A stretch of 64,000 bases of DNA, taken from Hydrolagus colliei. Lineage: Eukaryota. Within the stretch, counting starts at the first letter, position 1. Each line of letters begins with the position of its first letter. A program made the translations under genes and the position numbers. Of the stretch, positions 27,697 to 40,672 are shown one piece after another. Below the pieces are notes generated by a model. The model worked only from the letters and a program-made list of their open reading frames with translations, was not told the DNA's origin and ran no database searches. Where the stretch lies: positions 16,430,001 to 16,494,000 of the forward strand of contig CM068748.1 of the NCBI GenBank assembly GCA_035084275.1, given 5' to 3'.

Positions 27697-28627
27697 AAAT
27701 GACGCCTCATATTAATGTTAATACAAATGCTTACTAATGCATGTCCCAGAATACTAAGTTCTAGAGTGGCGTTGAAGGGTGGCAAAACCACAAAATCCAC
27801 GCCGGGAACTATATATGGTTATACATATATGATTTGGATAGAGAAATGGTATAATCACCTTGAAGAGAATGGATTCCTTCCATCCCACCCATCAAAGAGA
27901 AGAAGAGGAAGAGAATTTTCAATTCCTAGAAACCATAAGAGGCCACAGTTCTGATCAGGGGTTCATCTCATTAATAAGGTTCACACAGCTTCCACACATC
28001 ACAATGGAGCTTTTGGTGAGCCTGGGAAATACACCAAATTTGCCTTAAAATCTGTTTGGAGGGTGGGGATGGGGGGGGGGGGGGGGGGGTGAAATCGAGC
28101 TTCCCTGATACGGATAAATAGAGTGACCGATGGTTTGGTATATATTCATAAAGTGCAAATCATATGGTTCAGGGGAGATTTCTAAACTACTTAGGCTCTA
28201 CTCCTATATTTCATGAAATCATCTGAACCTCACAACTGTTACGGCCTCATAATGTGAACCAGCCATTATTCATAATGTACTGAAACTGACATGCAAGTTT
28301 TTTGAGAATCTGTCACCAATTTGCAATGATCCAAATTTGCATATAAACCGATGAGGCAATGTAACCTATTTTCAAATGTTTGCACTTATACAATGTGAAC
28401 TTTTGCAAACAAAACTGTGTGACTGGTAATTTAATAAAGGTATACTCTTGCACGCACGGTTGTGAAAATCCTGTTGAGAATACTGTATTGTCGAACCATT
28501 AGATTTAAAACTCAAACCAATGTGTAACAGTTCACTGCAGCCATTTGACTTGCATGTAAACAGATATTACTCAGTGGTTACGTACTGATCCAAAGAGAGA
28601 CAGAAAGAGAGAGACAGAGAGACAGAA

Positions 28628-28784
28628 GGGGCTCCCTTGATGGCTCAGCGAGTTTATCTAGTGAGTAGCTGAAATGTAAAAACCACAATGGTTCGATCCC
28701 TAGTCTGTGTTGAGTATGCTGATTTGAACAGATGAGACAGAAGAGCTGGTAATATTTAGCCTTAGCGTCCAGGGTTAGAAAATC
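28628..28784 (+). mobile_element. AmnSINE2-like 5' fragment
   Basis: ggggctcccttgatggctcag (A box), ggttcgatccc (B box), tagtctgtgttgagt..gctgat; homologous to the copy at 46305. Confidence 0.6.
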
Positions 28785-31334
28785 TAAATTTCATAGAAAT
28801 TATAGTACTTATAAATTATAATGGGGTGTAACTTGTAATTTTTTTTGAATGGTATTCCTCAAAAATTAATCTGTCTTGCAATGGGAACTCCTTTACAATA
28901 ACTGGACATCGGTCATACCAACCTGCTGGATCTCTGCTCGGCGAAACTTGTCGAGCAGAGTGTGAGCGGGTTGACAGGAATTCTAAATACTTCTTATGAA
29001 GAAATTTCTTCAAATACCCAATACTATTTGATACTGTGTTGTTGTCTTTCCAACACACCGTCATAATAAAAAGTCACAGTTGCCAGCAGCTTGTGACTGA
29101 AGTCAAGAAAGATTCCCCAATACATTCGCAACCTTATGTTCTACATTTGTAACTTTTATAACTCTTTGCTTTTGGAAAGAAATCCCTACATTTCCCCATT
29201 CACCAGCAAAGCTGGGAAGCAATCAGCTTGCTCACAAGCAGCTGGTGACGATGGTTTGATTGAAGCTGGTGGTAGGCAGGTGAAAAGGTATCATGTTGAC
29301 TGGCCATCCAATTCTTATCCCTTTCTTAGCCAGGAATTGAAACTAATCTACTCAATTGTTCACAACCAACCGTCCCCTCAGAGTGCTGTCATTCTAAAGT
29401 TCTACATCAATTCATTCCCCCACTTACTTTATAGAACTCAGCAGTATTAAATATATATTTGTAAGTTTCAGAAAGCACATTGAACGTGTATGCACCAATG
29501 AAATTCAGCACAAGAACACTTAACTTCACAAGTAGATCATAATTGAAAGGAAAGATGGAAAGAAAACAGTTTGCCACTAGAGTGCTAAAATCTTTTAGAC
29601 AGTGTATTTCATACACATGCATATTTCATGGTACATGCACAATGACTGCAGCATTGGAAAGGTGAGTTACAGTACTGACTTAGTGTTATTTCTATTTCTC
29701 CTTAAGTGATTTCAGCCATAATCAGGCAACATAAAAACTGCTGTATGTCTTGTAATATTCTTGATTTATACTAACAAGATCTGATTCATAGTTTGCACAT
29801 GGGGATCTCTTCAGCTGGCACTAAAATGAGACCACTGCATTACCATGTTGCCACTATCATTTTGTCTCATCCGGACCTTTTTGTTTTGGCTTCCTGCTTA
29901 TAATTTATTGCCGGTTTTTCTTGAGGTATTTCTCACATGTCTGCAACATCTGTGAAATCCTATAGCAATATTTACATTCCAGCAAAAAATTATTTGCAAA
30001 CCATAAGGAATGAAAACACAAATAACACCTCCAACATCAGATAACTCTTAGGCGCTTCATAATCAAAATCCCATGGGTACAGTGATAAGCAACCAATGTT
30101 AATTTCATCTCAGATCATGTGGATACTTTAAAAAGGATCAAAGTATAATCTTCCTCAGTCTTCCAGAGAAACAGGAAACATTTCACAAAATGTTCCTCTG
30201 GCTCTGTCCTGTTGACGGAGAAATTTGCTTCGTGTTTGTCTTAGGGGTGGAGGGACAGGGTTAGGGAGGACAGGGTAGAGGACATGGGAATTATTTGAAA
30301 CCAATATCCCACTTCCTTCAGTTTCACTGAGGGAGAAACCTTCAAAGAGGAAGAGGGGGGAAATAGCACAAGTTCATGTTCAGATAATATTCTCCCTTAC
30401 CCAGTGATAGGACACAACCTGACATTGTGATGGCTGGGTATCCTGTCAGCAGATTAATGCACAAGATACATTTGGGAAGGAAGTGGATATTAAAATAAGG
30501 AATTAAGACCTATTGTAAACCATCTACATAAATGATGCAAGAGGTGTTGGGTGGGGGGAGCGGTGAAGGGAGAGAGAAATACAGTGAGCAAGAGAACTGG
30601 GTTGTTTTTGCATGTGTCCAGCAGATGTCAAAGGGAGGTTGCAGAAAACGTTCCATCCCTGTCTGTTTGCAAATGGGTCATGTCCATTTGGTATCCATTT
30701 GGAATCAGACCAAAATAAAATATTCACACAAGATTGCTTTTGCTCTTTTAGTCAACATGTGAGGAAATTTCACTGGAGAAGTAAACAGGCAAGGTAATTT
30801 ATATATCCATGGAAAGCCTATATCTTGCCCAACAAGGCATTATTTCTAACCACTGCATTGTGATTTGATGCAAAGTGTGATGTGTGCAGTTCATAAGTGC
30901 ACAATTGAACCTCATCACCAAGATTGACCATCAATTCACAAACCACAGAAGCCACCATTTAAGTTTCAAGTAGCTCAATAGCTTGTGTTAATGCTTGAAG
31001 ACCACCTTGTGGCACCCATGGGTACATTCTTCTCATTATTAAAAAAAAGTTTCTGAGAACATAATGGAAGCTGTGCTCATCAGTGGTAGTTCATTGCCTC
31101 CCAATAATGGCATTTATATACTGTATTCAATAATTTTAATATAGGAAATTATACCTCTTGTGTCTTAAATAAAAGCCCACCATACATAAAATGGATATCT
31201 TTAAGATGATACATTCAAAAAGAATTGGTCTTTAGTCAGCAAAGAATACAAAAAAGCAAACAAAAAGTAAACAATCAAATGTTTCAAAGATTTCAGATGA
31301 ACAAACGAAAAATTACACATTCTTTGTTCTATTT

Positions 31335-31680
31335 TAAGAATTAGGAGCAGGAGTAGTCCATTCGGCCCCTCGAGCCTGCCCTGCCATTTGATAAGATCAT
31401 GGCTGATCTTTTGACCTAACTCTAGTTACCTGCCCTATCCCCATATCCCCTAATCCCTCTATTTAAAAAAAAATCTATCAGTCTCAGCCTTGAAAATGTT
31501 CAAGGACTGAGCATCTACAGCCTTCTGGGGTAGTGAATTCCTTAAATTCACTACCCTCTCAGTGAAGAAATGTTTCCTCAACTCTGTTCTAAAAGGCTGA
31601 CCCTTAATTTTAAGATTATGACCCCTGGTTATAGATTCTCCTACCAGGGGAAACAGTCCCTCGCTGTCTACTTTATCCAC
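31335..31680 (-). mobile_element. CR1 LINE 3' end (ORF2 C-terminus plus 3'UTR)
   Basis: ORF 31459-31680: LFPLVGESITRGHNLKI..FRTELRKHFFTERVVNL.NSLP..FKAETDRF; CR1 3'UTR gatcagccatgatc...aggggccgaatgg.ctactcctgctcct. Confidence 0.95.
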
Positions 31681-33329
31681 TGTCTATTTTATTTTTGCAA
31701 CTATTTTCCCCCCAGACCACAATTGCAATAATTGAACATAATTAAAGTTATAATATGCTATTATAAATATTATATATATTATAAACCCTGCACAATAAGG
31801 TAGTTATATTTTTAAAAAGCTGATACATTCATTATAGCAAAAAAGGTATCCACAATTTTTTGAAACAATCTTCCTAGTTAATGAACTGAATTGCAGTTCA
31901 CGAAGACATCAGAGTGCAATATAGTTGAAGTGCAATTGTCATCTTGTCTTGGTAGCAAGGAAAATAGCAGATCCCCAGCGGTGTGCATAGGATGTGTGAA
32001 TAAATAAGAACTTTATATTATTCATTGTGATTAGATGGAGGCAATTTGTTTCTAAACTCTGTCCCATCTGCTAATTTTCTATTGAGGGCAAATAATTCTC
32101 AGGTGGCACTTTAAGGCCACATCCAAGTTGTCATTCTTCATAAGGCTTGGCATTGAAGGCAAGCAGGCCATTTGTGGAGGACATAATAATAATGGTTGGT
32201 CATCAAAGCTTTTCCCAGCAGGAGGTAATTGTTAGACCAGTTAGGATAATCAGAAAGAGGAACCTTCTTTTCCCTTCCCTGACCCATAAACCATGAGGCT
32301 TATATTTCAGAATCTCTCCCACTACAATCAGCTAACTTTATCCCACAATCAAGCCTGGATCTATGTGTATTATGATTTTTATATCATGGTGCCACACTTT
32401 CGCACTGAGCCTTTATATTTATATCTTCAGTGTACGAAACGATATATGAAACTTAGTGCAAAAAAAATCCCTACAAACAAAAAGAAAGGTGAGATACACT
32501 TTTCTCTGCCTTCAAGTATTGTCTTTTGTTTCTCGAACCATTCAACAACAAAAAGGGTTTTGGTTGGATCATCTGTGTTCTTTCATTGCGTCGAGGATAA
32601 CAGTGAAGTTTTCTCATATAGTACCACTTTTGTTCCAATGACCTCACATGTAACTGATGCATTGACCACTTTCAACACCACATGAATCACATGTTTCCCA
32701 AAATGGATTGAAAGCCAAAGATGGATACATAAAACGATTCCATCTTCAAGCCTGCCTCCACCCTAGCTTATCAAATTATTTTCTGTCAAAACTAACAAAG
32801 AATATTCCCAACATTCCGATGTGTAAAGCACTCTTTTTTCCACCAATATTGCCCAGCTAAATCAGTAGTCCCATTTGCTGTGATTTACATAGATAGCAAT
32901 ATGTTGAAATATTTTTTCGTTGCTGCTCATTGTATTTCATATTTACAGAACCTTTCGTTGAGATGCTGCCATTCAGCACGCAAAAGTGCAACTTACAGGA
33001 TTATATATACTACTGTTCGCCACTGTCAAAATTCAAAATTTCATATGACCAACCATATGCTACAAGTGAAAAGAAAAATATTTTTTGTCAATGTAGCATT
33101 GCAACATTTCAGAAGATTTGTTTTAGAAGGTAAATAATTACCCAAAGGTAATCATTAACATGATCTGCCAACACTTTGCTAACCAAATTTAGCAATTTTA
33201 CTTGCCATTCGCAGTTCTTGCTCATTGCGATTTAGACTCTTATTAGGATGCAACCTGTTCATTATTCTAACAAAACAAGATGTATTTGGTCGCTTGATGT
33301 GAACTAGGTGTCTGCAATCTAATTAATTG

Positions 33330-35200
33330 TTATTTACTGTTAATTAAAAACATTTTCATCAGGAGATGGAATTCACGGCTGTCCTCCACTCATTGGCCAC
33401 TCCTTCCCTGGTCTTCTCTGTGCCAGAACAGCCACGTTTCATTTGCAGCCATTCAAAGCTCAGCCCATCACAAGCCAGCTGCAGTCTATTACTGAACTGC
33501 CCTAATACAGCCATCATCACCAATTCAAAGCAGATAATAAAGAACTGACACATTTATTATCATTATTAATTAACAGTTTTCAGAGATGGAATTAAATCAA
33601 TATGCTACTCTGATATCATTTTAACTAGTTATGCAAATCAAACATTTAGAGCCCATGAACAGATATAAATGCCATTCAGAATTCGGTTCTCACTTATTAT
33701 TTTAATATCTGAGCTTTTGGAACATGGACCTAATGCTCATTTAATTACACTCTGGCAAAAGGAAAAGCAGCTTAGAAAATGAAAGTTGAAACAGCTGACT
33801 AGTTAGCAAGTAAAAGGAATAACATAGCAGTGAGGAGAGACAACGAGATAATAATGTGAAAAATTGTCTTTTACATCATGTTCTAGTACATTAACTTTCA
33901 AAAAACAAAGGCTCATTACCACATGGAACGGGGTCTTTTTTTCCCCCAACACCTAGTACCCGTAAGAGATACCTTTGAATTTTTACAATAAAAATTACAG
34001 ATGCAATTTTTCATTGCAAATAAAGAATAAACAAGCACAACAACGGCTTGGTGGAATTAATGGGGAAATCCTGGTAATTTTTTTTTACCTTCATGACTCT
34101 AGGTAGATCATCATTAGCCCTGCTTTACCACGGAAGTAGCAATATGATCCTCTCCTGACAAGAAATACCAGTGTAATTTATTGCATTATTACTCCCCTGA
34201 ACTGAAAGCAATTAATTACCTACACCAGGATGCTGGAGTGAAAATTCATCAGAGAAAAGGCATGAAAAATGTACTCGGTGAGTAAAAATAATAGGTATTT
34301 AACGGCCTTTGCCTGCCGCCTAATCTGAAGCATCCAATAAACAATTGCAGGGTGTCCATCCACTAGGCAATTTGCCTTAGATATGCGATCAGCATAACCA
34401 AAATAAATTCATCAAGAGGGCAAATTAATTGACTAATCTGCTTTTAACTGCAAAACAGTGGGGCAACGCAACTGTCAAGTAAAGCCTCTTCCAGTTGCTT
34501 AATAAATCTGCCGCCATGCATATTAAACTCAGAAACACAGCTTAATTCATTGCGTTTATTTGCGTGTTATAGAATTAGTGACATCTGTATGATTCAGTAA
34601 TTGTTGTTTCTGTGAAGTTATTGAAGTAATTTTGTTGTGTATAATAATCCCGATCAATTTCTCCTCTCAAGGGCACAGTGGAGAAGTGATATTTGAAAAC
34701 AGCCTCTGATAGATTGTAGAGTTAGACAAGGCTGCGACAACAACCTAATACCCGCACAAATTAGTTCAAGGTGTCAGTGATAGTTTTATACAACCACGTA
34801 AATTACATTGTCAGAATCAGTCGCCTTATTTTCTTGCTGTGTAGCTAATAAGGAGCTATCTTGGCCTGATTTGCATCTACCCCCACTTTTTTTGGTTACC
34901 TGCTTTCAAAGCTATTTCAATGCCCAGCTTTTTGGGAGGGAGGGGGATCGAGCTCCCAAGGAAACAAATTCTAATAATAAGGGCTTCATCTTATCCTTTA
35001 GGCTGGGGAAAGACAGCATCTTATTGTTAGAACAGATGGAATTGCTTTGAAAAAGCACCCTCTTTTCCCCCAAATAAAAGCATGTACAAAATGTGACAAA
35101 CTCACATCACCCAGTTGAATAATGTTAGTTTTTACAGCATGCGAACAATAAAAGACGATGCTAGACCTTCAAAGCTGTCGCTTTTAATGATGAAAAGCTG
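33330..35200. promoter_or_regulatory. Putative long conserved non-coding element block
   Basis: Within about 5.9 kb with no recognisable repeat (31700-37600); dense TAAT/ATTA motifs; octamer ATTTGCAT at 34869-34876; no credible ORF. Confidence 0.5.
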
Positions 35201-36502
35201 GAATGTAAATTAAAAAGAGACAGTGAAGGCTTTTTTTAAAAAAAAAGCAAATGCCAAACACATACACACAGAATGGTACTCTACAGTTTTAAAAAATGTA
35301 TCCATTTTACACCATGCTCAATCTTAACAATACAGTAATCATAATGCTAGTTTTAATACAAATATGCTATATCTCCAATTGATTAGTTCAGAATAGAAAA
35401 CTTCATATATTTATACACATTATATATATATCTATATATATCTATATAAAATATTTTAACATGCATGAGTTACAAAGACTTATTAGACCGTTAAGGCCAC
35501 GAAAATCAAATGTCCTTCCTTTACTGGCATTTTCTTAATACTATTTCAGTAAATCAATATCACTGACATTATATATTTGGAGGCAGTACATCTTAATAAT
35601 TAAAATTTTAACAACGTTAGTGCAGTCAATAATTTTGAATTGCTAGGCACACTATGTGCAATTTTTTGTTTTTTTAAAAGAAAAGTCCATAGTAAGCTTG
35701 GTATAATTTGCAGGCACAATGAGTCTTCAGAATCATGTTCTTTTAGTGTAAATGTCACAATGAGTTTAAGTGTGTGCATGCGACTTCTGTAGCCAACACA
35801 GTGCCATATATCTTTATTAGTTTCATTGGTCAATGCAGTGACCAGTTGTTTATTCTCATTACACGAGACGAGATGTACGATTTGGAACAGATTGCATTCA
35901 CAACTAAAAATGCATGACTTTGCAACAAAACTGAAAAGGGCTCCCATCGACATGGCAAAGGGTTGAAAAACTGATGGGAAAGACTGCAAAACATTTCGTT
36001 CCAAGAAAATATATTTTAGGAACAGGTCAGGAAGAAAAGTGGGGGTGGGTGGGGGATCAGAGAGAGAGAAAATGAGAGGAAAAAAATCTAACAGCAAAAA
36101 TAGGATCAAATGAATAAAGAGAAGACAAGGATCCAAAAATTAAATGGTTATAAAGACTGATTACTTGCACATTAATACAAATACATAAATGTATTTTAAA
36201 AAGTCTACACTTGTTATTAAAAGGAGAAAGTAAGCAAGGCAAACAGCCTGGGCCTTTTGGATTGGGACTCAATGTAAAGGCTGGCTTTTTGATGGCACTG
36301 CTCAGACGAGGCAACCCTGAAAACGCTAATAGCCATGATTAATGAGAACAGGCTAGAGGAGAGCTGGGACACAGCCGGCACATATATCATTCCTTCCTAT
36401 CAGCCTCTCCTACTCCCTGCCCCTTTCCGCAACCAGCAAGGCACCGAGGTACTTTAAAATAAAAAGAAAGGGGACAATTTATTCTGGCCACTCAATACTG
36501 AC

Positions 36503-36528
<26 letters not shown>
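36503..36528. repeat. (GT)n microsatellite
   Basis: Direct reading. Confidence 0.92.
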
Positions 36529-36534
<6 letters not shown>

Positions 36535-36643
36535 AATTACACAAAATGTGACGAGAGTGGTCAAAGAAGAAAAAAAACAAAGTGCAAGATAATTGACTGA
36601 CATTCAAGGGAATATGCACAGGCTGTAATCATTCAAGTTTTCA

Positions 36644-36775
36644 NNNNNNNNNNNNNNNNNNNNNNNNNNNNNNNNNNNNNNNNNNNNNNNNNNNNNNNNN
36701 NNNNNNNNNNNNNNNNNNNNNNNNNNNNNNNNNNNNNNNNNNNNNNNNNNNNNNNNNNNNNNNNNNNNNNNNNNN
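36644..36775. other. N-run, 132 nt (gap or mask)
   Basis: Counted directly; unique flanks. Confidence 0.99.
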
Positions 36776-37639
36776 TACGGTGTCAATAACGAAGCTCCGA
36801 ACACTTTAATGAAAACTGTAAGCACCAAAGGGTAACCATTTATTTATGAGTAGCTATAATATTACTGGTGCAAAATTTATCTTCCCTTCTCACGCACACT
36901 GCTGAAACCAAATCTGGTCAAAGAGAAAGAAGAACATATCCATATGTCAGCTAAAATGCAACATATCCTCCCCTCCTGTTGAAGTGAAGCATTCTGGTTA
37001 CTTAAGCCAGATTACAATATTTAGAACTCGCACAGAAACCAGCAGGAGTCACCTATCAAGTCATTAAATAAACCTTCGGCACCTTCTTCGTTTCCTTATA
37101 TAAAAAAAGCTTTGATTTTAATGAATTGTACCAGCTGCTCTCGGATTTATAGACACTCAACTCTAAATGGACCATCACATTAGTTTCCCGAGAAAGTACA
37201 ATTTATTAAATAATCAGAAACATTACAGTGACTTGCTGAATGCCTCTCCAAGCTCATTACATGCTTAGTGCATACATGGTGCACAATTTCCCACACTCTC
37301 CAATGCCTCACGAGTTTATTCATTGAGGAGCTTAGGCAAGAAGACCAGAAATGGAACAAATTTGGCTCACTACCCTATGTGGTGAAATTCTCAGCTGGGA
37401 TGGCAGTGGGAGAATGTGGTTGGACTCAGGAGATTCATCCTTCTTATCACTAAACAGAAACTCCTCCTCAAAGGTCTGGAGGTGGGGAGGGAAAAAACGC
37501 ATCTAGTCTGCTCCATCAATTTTACATTTTGATATTTCTGAATATTTTACATAGAAAATAGATTCAAAGGATATGAATTGGATTTCATACAACTAAAACA
37601 TGCTCAATGCACCAAAGAAGAAATAAGTGGGTAGCTAAA

Positions 37640-37792
37640 GTGTGATGGCACCTCTAACAATACAGTATACCCTAAACAGTGCAATGACTTGTGATCCTGG
37701 ACTGTACAGGTGTGAGGCTTCATCCCACACCCTTCTGATTCAAAGCTGACCAGCATGAAGGCCGTAATATAAATGCAAGTTGTTGTTGTTAC
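37640..37792. mobile_element. DeuSINE head fragment (-) abutting an L2/SINE tail (+)
   Basis: gatggcacctctaacaatacag..cccttctgattca on -; gaaggccgtaatataaatgcaagttgttgttgtt on +. Confidence 0.6.
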
Positions 37793-39594
37793 CAACAGGC
37801 TGACACAAAATGCTACAAGAGACTTGTAGCATTTTGCATTACTTGTAGCACTGCCATTTCTATCCCAGTGGCGACCATCAAAAGAAGTGTCAGTTACGCT
37901 TGGTAGCTTGGTAGAATTTTAAGACAAAATTGTCTCCTATTATTTAAGAGAATGGAAGATTTTACCCTTGGGTTGCTACTCACAGAAACAGATCTAAGGA
38001 AGAATTAATTTCCATTAGAACTTCAGGGAACCAGTGAAACTCTTATCTGACTTATACAAAAACGGAAAAGCATGTTACACGTAGCTCATAAAATGATCTT
38101 TCACCTTGTTTGGTCTGCAATTGGTGTCCACTCCTAGTCATCTGAGTGACGTTCAGCTTCTGTCACCCCTGTCAGTGAAGTACCCCATTCCTGACCCTTT
38201 TTTCACACTCCTATGAGAACAGGTTTCTGGATGAAATTTACTAGAAGAGGCCACTGTCATAGCAATTTAATAAGTGTATTTTACTGCCAGTAATAAGTGA
38301 ACATTTTTCAGCAATTTGATTTGACAACTGCACATTTTATTAGGGTTGTCCACAAGAAATGGTCATCTAGCTCATTGTTGATGAGATTTGGACCCAACCT
38401 CATTGTTTGCTTTGAGATTCAGAATCTCCTCAAAAACAAACTCCTGGGGTGCAAATACACATTTCAATCACTGCCTTCCAAAGAGGATCTGTAATTTCTG
38501 CTGCAAGTGATGACATCATGACAGGGAGCCATATTTCATGTACTTGCTCTCAGTTATGCCCTTGCATTCAAAAGCCTCTGTAACAGACTGTTGCAGTAGT
38601 AGTGTTACAACCCGAATTTTAATGAGGTTCGATAGCACTCAATTTTTTTTGATGTGGTGAGGCGATGGGTAATATAACACTGAAAGGATGGGGTGGGGGG
38701 GGGGAGAAATGAAATTTTTTGAAGGTACCCATTTCAGGGAGTACAATGAAATTCATTTAAGTGATGTACTGTAGTCATTTTTCCCCGAGATTTACTTCTG
38801 CTCAATTCTGTAGCTGGTTTATGAAGACAAACATTGCATGTATAAAAACTAAAGACGCCATTCTTTTTCCCCAGAGATGAAACACAATGCTTTTCTTACA
38901 AACTTAGTGGAAAAAGACAAGTTGGAATGGAATGTTAAATTTCAACCATTGCTAACACGAGACTCATAATTACATTTTTCTCTTTGCTGAACTGCTCATT
39001 TTTTTTTAAAAAAAGAAAACAGCTGACAGGCACTCCACTTTAATTACAATCACATCAAGAGCAAAAGGGATCTTTTCTAAATAAAGTGTGCATGAATAAC
39101 TCAGACTCTTGAAGGATACGAAATGCATCGTAGCACAACAGTAAAGGTGCAAGTCCACTGCTTGTTCATTAACAGGAACTCAGTCATGCTATCAGAGTGA
39201 ATAAACTAATTGGTCTTTCACACAAGCCAAAGAAAGGGATGCACCCATCAGCCCAGATAGCATCCATGGTCATTTTGAAAATATACCCATATCAATGTGG
39301 GTTAAAAAACAATCTGCTACTGAACAGCATTAAGTTAAATAAAGATCTGAATCAAAGTTGTTACCACATAACGGCACACAGCACCTGTTGTATCCAATAC
39401 CACTGACTCACTATTTAGACTGGCAAATATATTAGTTACGCTTGCACCAGTTTTAGGTAAGTGATATTTCACTTGTGCAATATTCTATTTTCACTGGGCT
39501 ATGCTGTTAGACATTAATTAAGTGCACTGTCCTGCAATCTCCTTGACCTGATATCAAAACTACCTGAGACTGGAGTTCAGGGTATTTTTTCTTA

Positions 39595-39771
39595 CACTCC
39601 CTCTCTCTGCCTCAATCGCTCCGCCTTGCCTCTTCCTTGCCTGTGAATCACATACGAAGACTTTCCTCTTTGAGTGTACCTTCCAGCTCTCCCCAGCGCA
39701 GTGTCAAGCTCCACCATCATTAAGCTCTCTGAGCGAAGGACGCTGTATAAAATTTAATTGTCGTTGTTGTT
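39595..39771 (+). mobile_element. L2 3' end remnant
   Basis: ctccgccttgcc (LRLA), aagactttcctcttt (KTFLF), tail gacgctgtataaa..gttgttgtt. Confidence 0.65.
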
Positions 39772-40160
39772 CTCTCTCTATTTCTCTCCTGGCAGAAATA
39801 TATAAAGAAATGATTTTGTGAGAGTCAAATCCAGTGGACCCTGCTGCACAGATTGTAAATATGGTGGTACATTCTCTAATTTGACATCCAATTCCATCAA
39901 GCCACAACAAAAAGTAGTATGGGAATAGCATCATTACATTGGTCCAGAAAATTAACTATCTCCTGAGATTGCAACTGAAGCACAATAGTGATCTGATCAG
40001 ATTGCAGCTGGAGTACTACATACTTGCTGTTCTGGTTTGGTTACTGCAACATAAGGGGGTTAATCCACACCCTAGACGCAGATCAGAGAAGAGCAATGCG
40101 GATGATCCCCAGAGTTAGAAGTACAAGACAAGTGATGAGACAAGCTAGGAGTCTTCAGTG

Positions 40161-40488
40161 TTAATAATAATAATAACCTTGCATTTGATATAGTGCTTTG
40201 CACATCTTCTAGAAGTCTCAAAGTGCTTCACAGAGTATACTATGAAGTGAATTGACTGTCTTTCTAGAGTGGAATGGAGTTTAAATACCTGAATATGTGG
40301 GTGAATCGCAGCAGCCAATTGCACACAGCAGTGCCCACAAACAGGACCAATTTGTTACTGTTATTTTTTTGTTCCAAGCATCAGGCATGTGGAGGAAGGA
40401 AACTTGTTCAAGGTTTTGCCCTGACTGGAATCACACCCAGGTCTCTCGCTTGTAAGGGGAGTGCTCTAACCACTGAGCTACAGGACTT
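40161..40488 (-). mobile_element. Full-length tRNA-Val-derived SINE (SINE2-1_CM-like)
   Basis: Sense head gtcctgtagctcagtggttagagcactc.ccttacaagcgagag; tail ..ctatatcaaatgcaagg(tta)n; near-collinear with 59097-59405. Confidence 0.9.
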
Positions 40489-40504
40489 CACAAAAAGAAA
40501 ATAT

Positions 40505-40672
40505 ATCAGAGGGTACCTTATAGAGGTACATAAAATTTGAAACCCATAAACAATACTTAAAGATGCACCAAGACTCATTTGAAAAACAGAGCTTCATGCT
40601 GTAATGGGAGGACAATAGGGTAAATATTCCAGAAAGATGAGATCAGATGAGCCATAGTGTCTTCTTCATCCA
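40505..40672 (+). mobile_element. CR1 remnant
   Basis: IRGYLIEVHKI resembles the CR1 LRGDLIEVYKI motif; weak 3'UTR similarity. Confidence 0.5.

Noticed and set aside
28919-28973. SECIS interpretation of the hairpin (apical AAA)
   Set aside because: Lacks the UGAN/NGAN tandem G.A quartet, and no selenoprotein CDS is nearby
35600-36136. 178-aa minus-strand ORF
   Set aside because: Phe/Leu-rich translation of A-rich DNA, non-ATG start, no homology recognised
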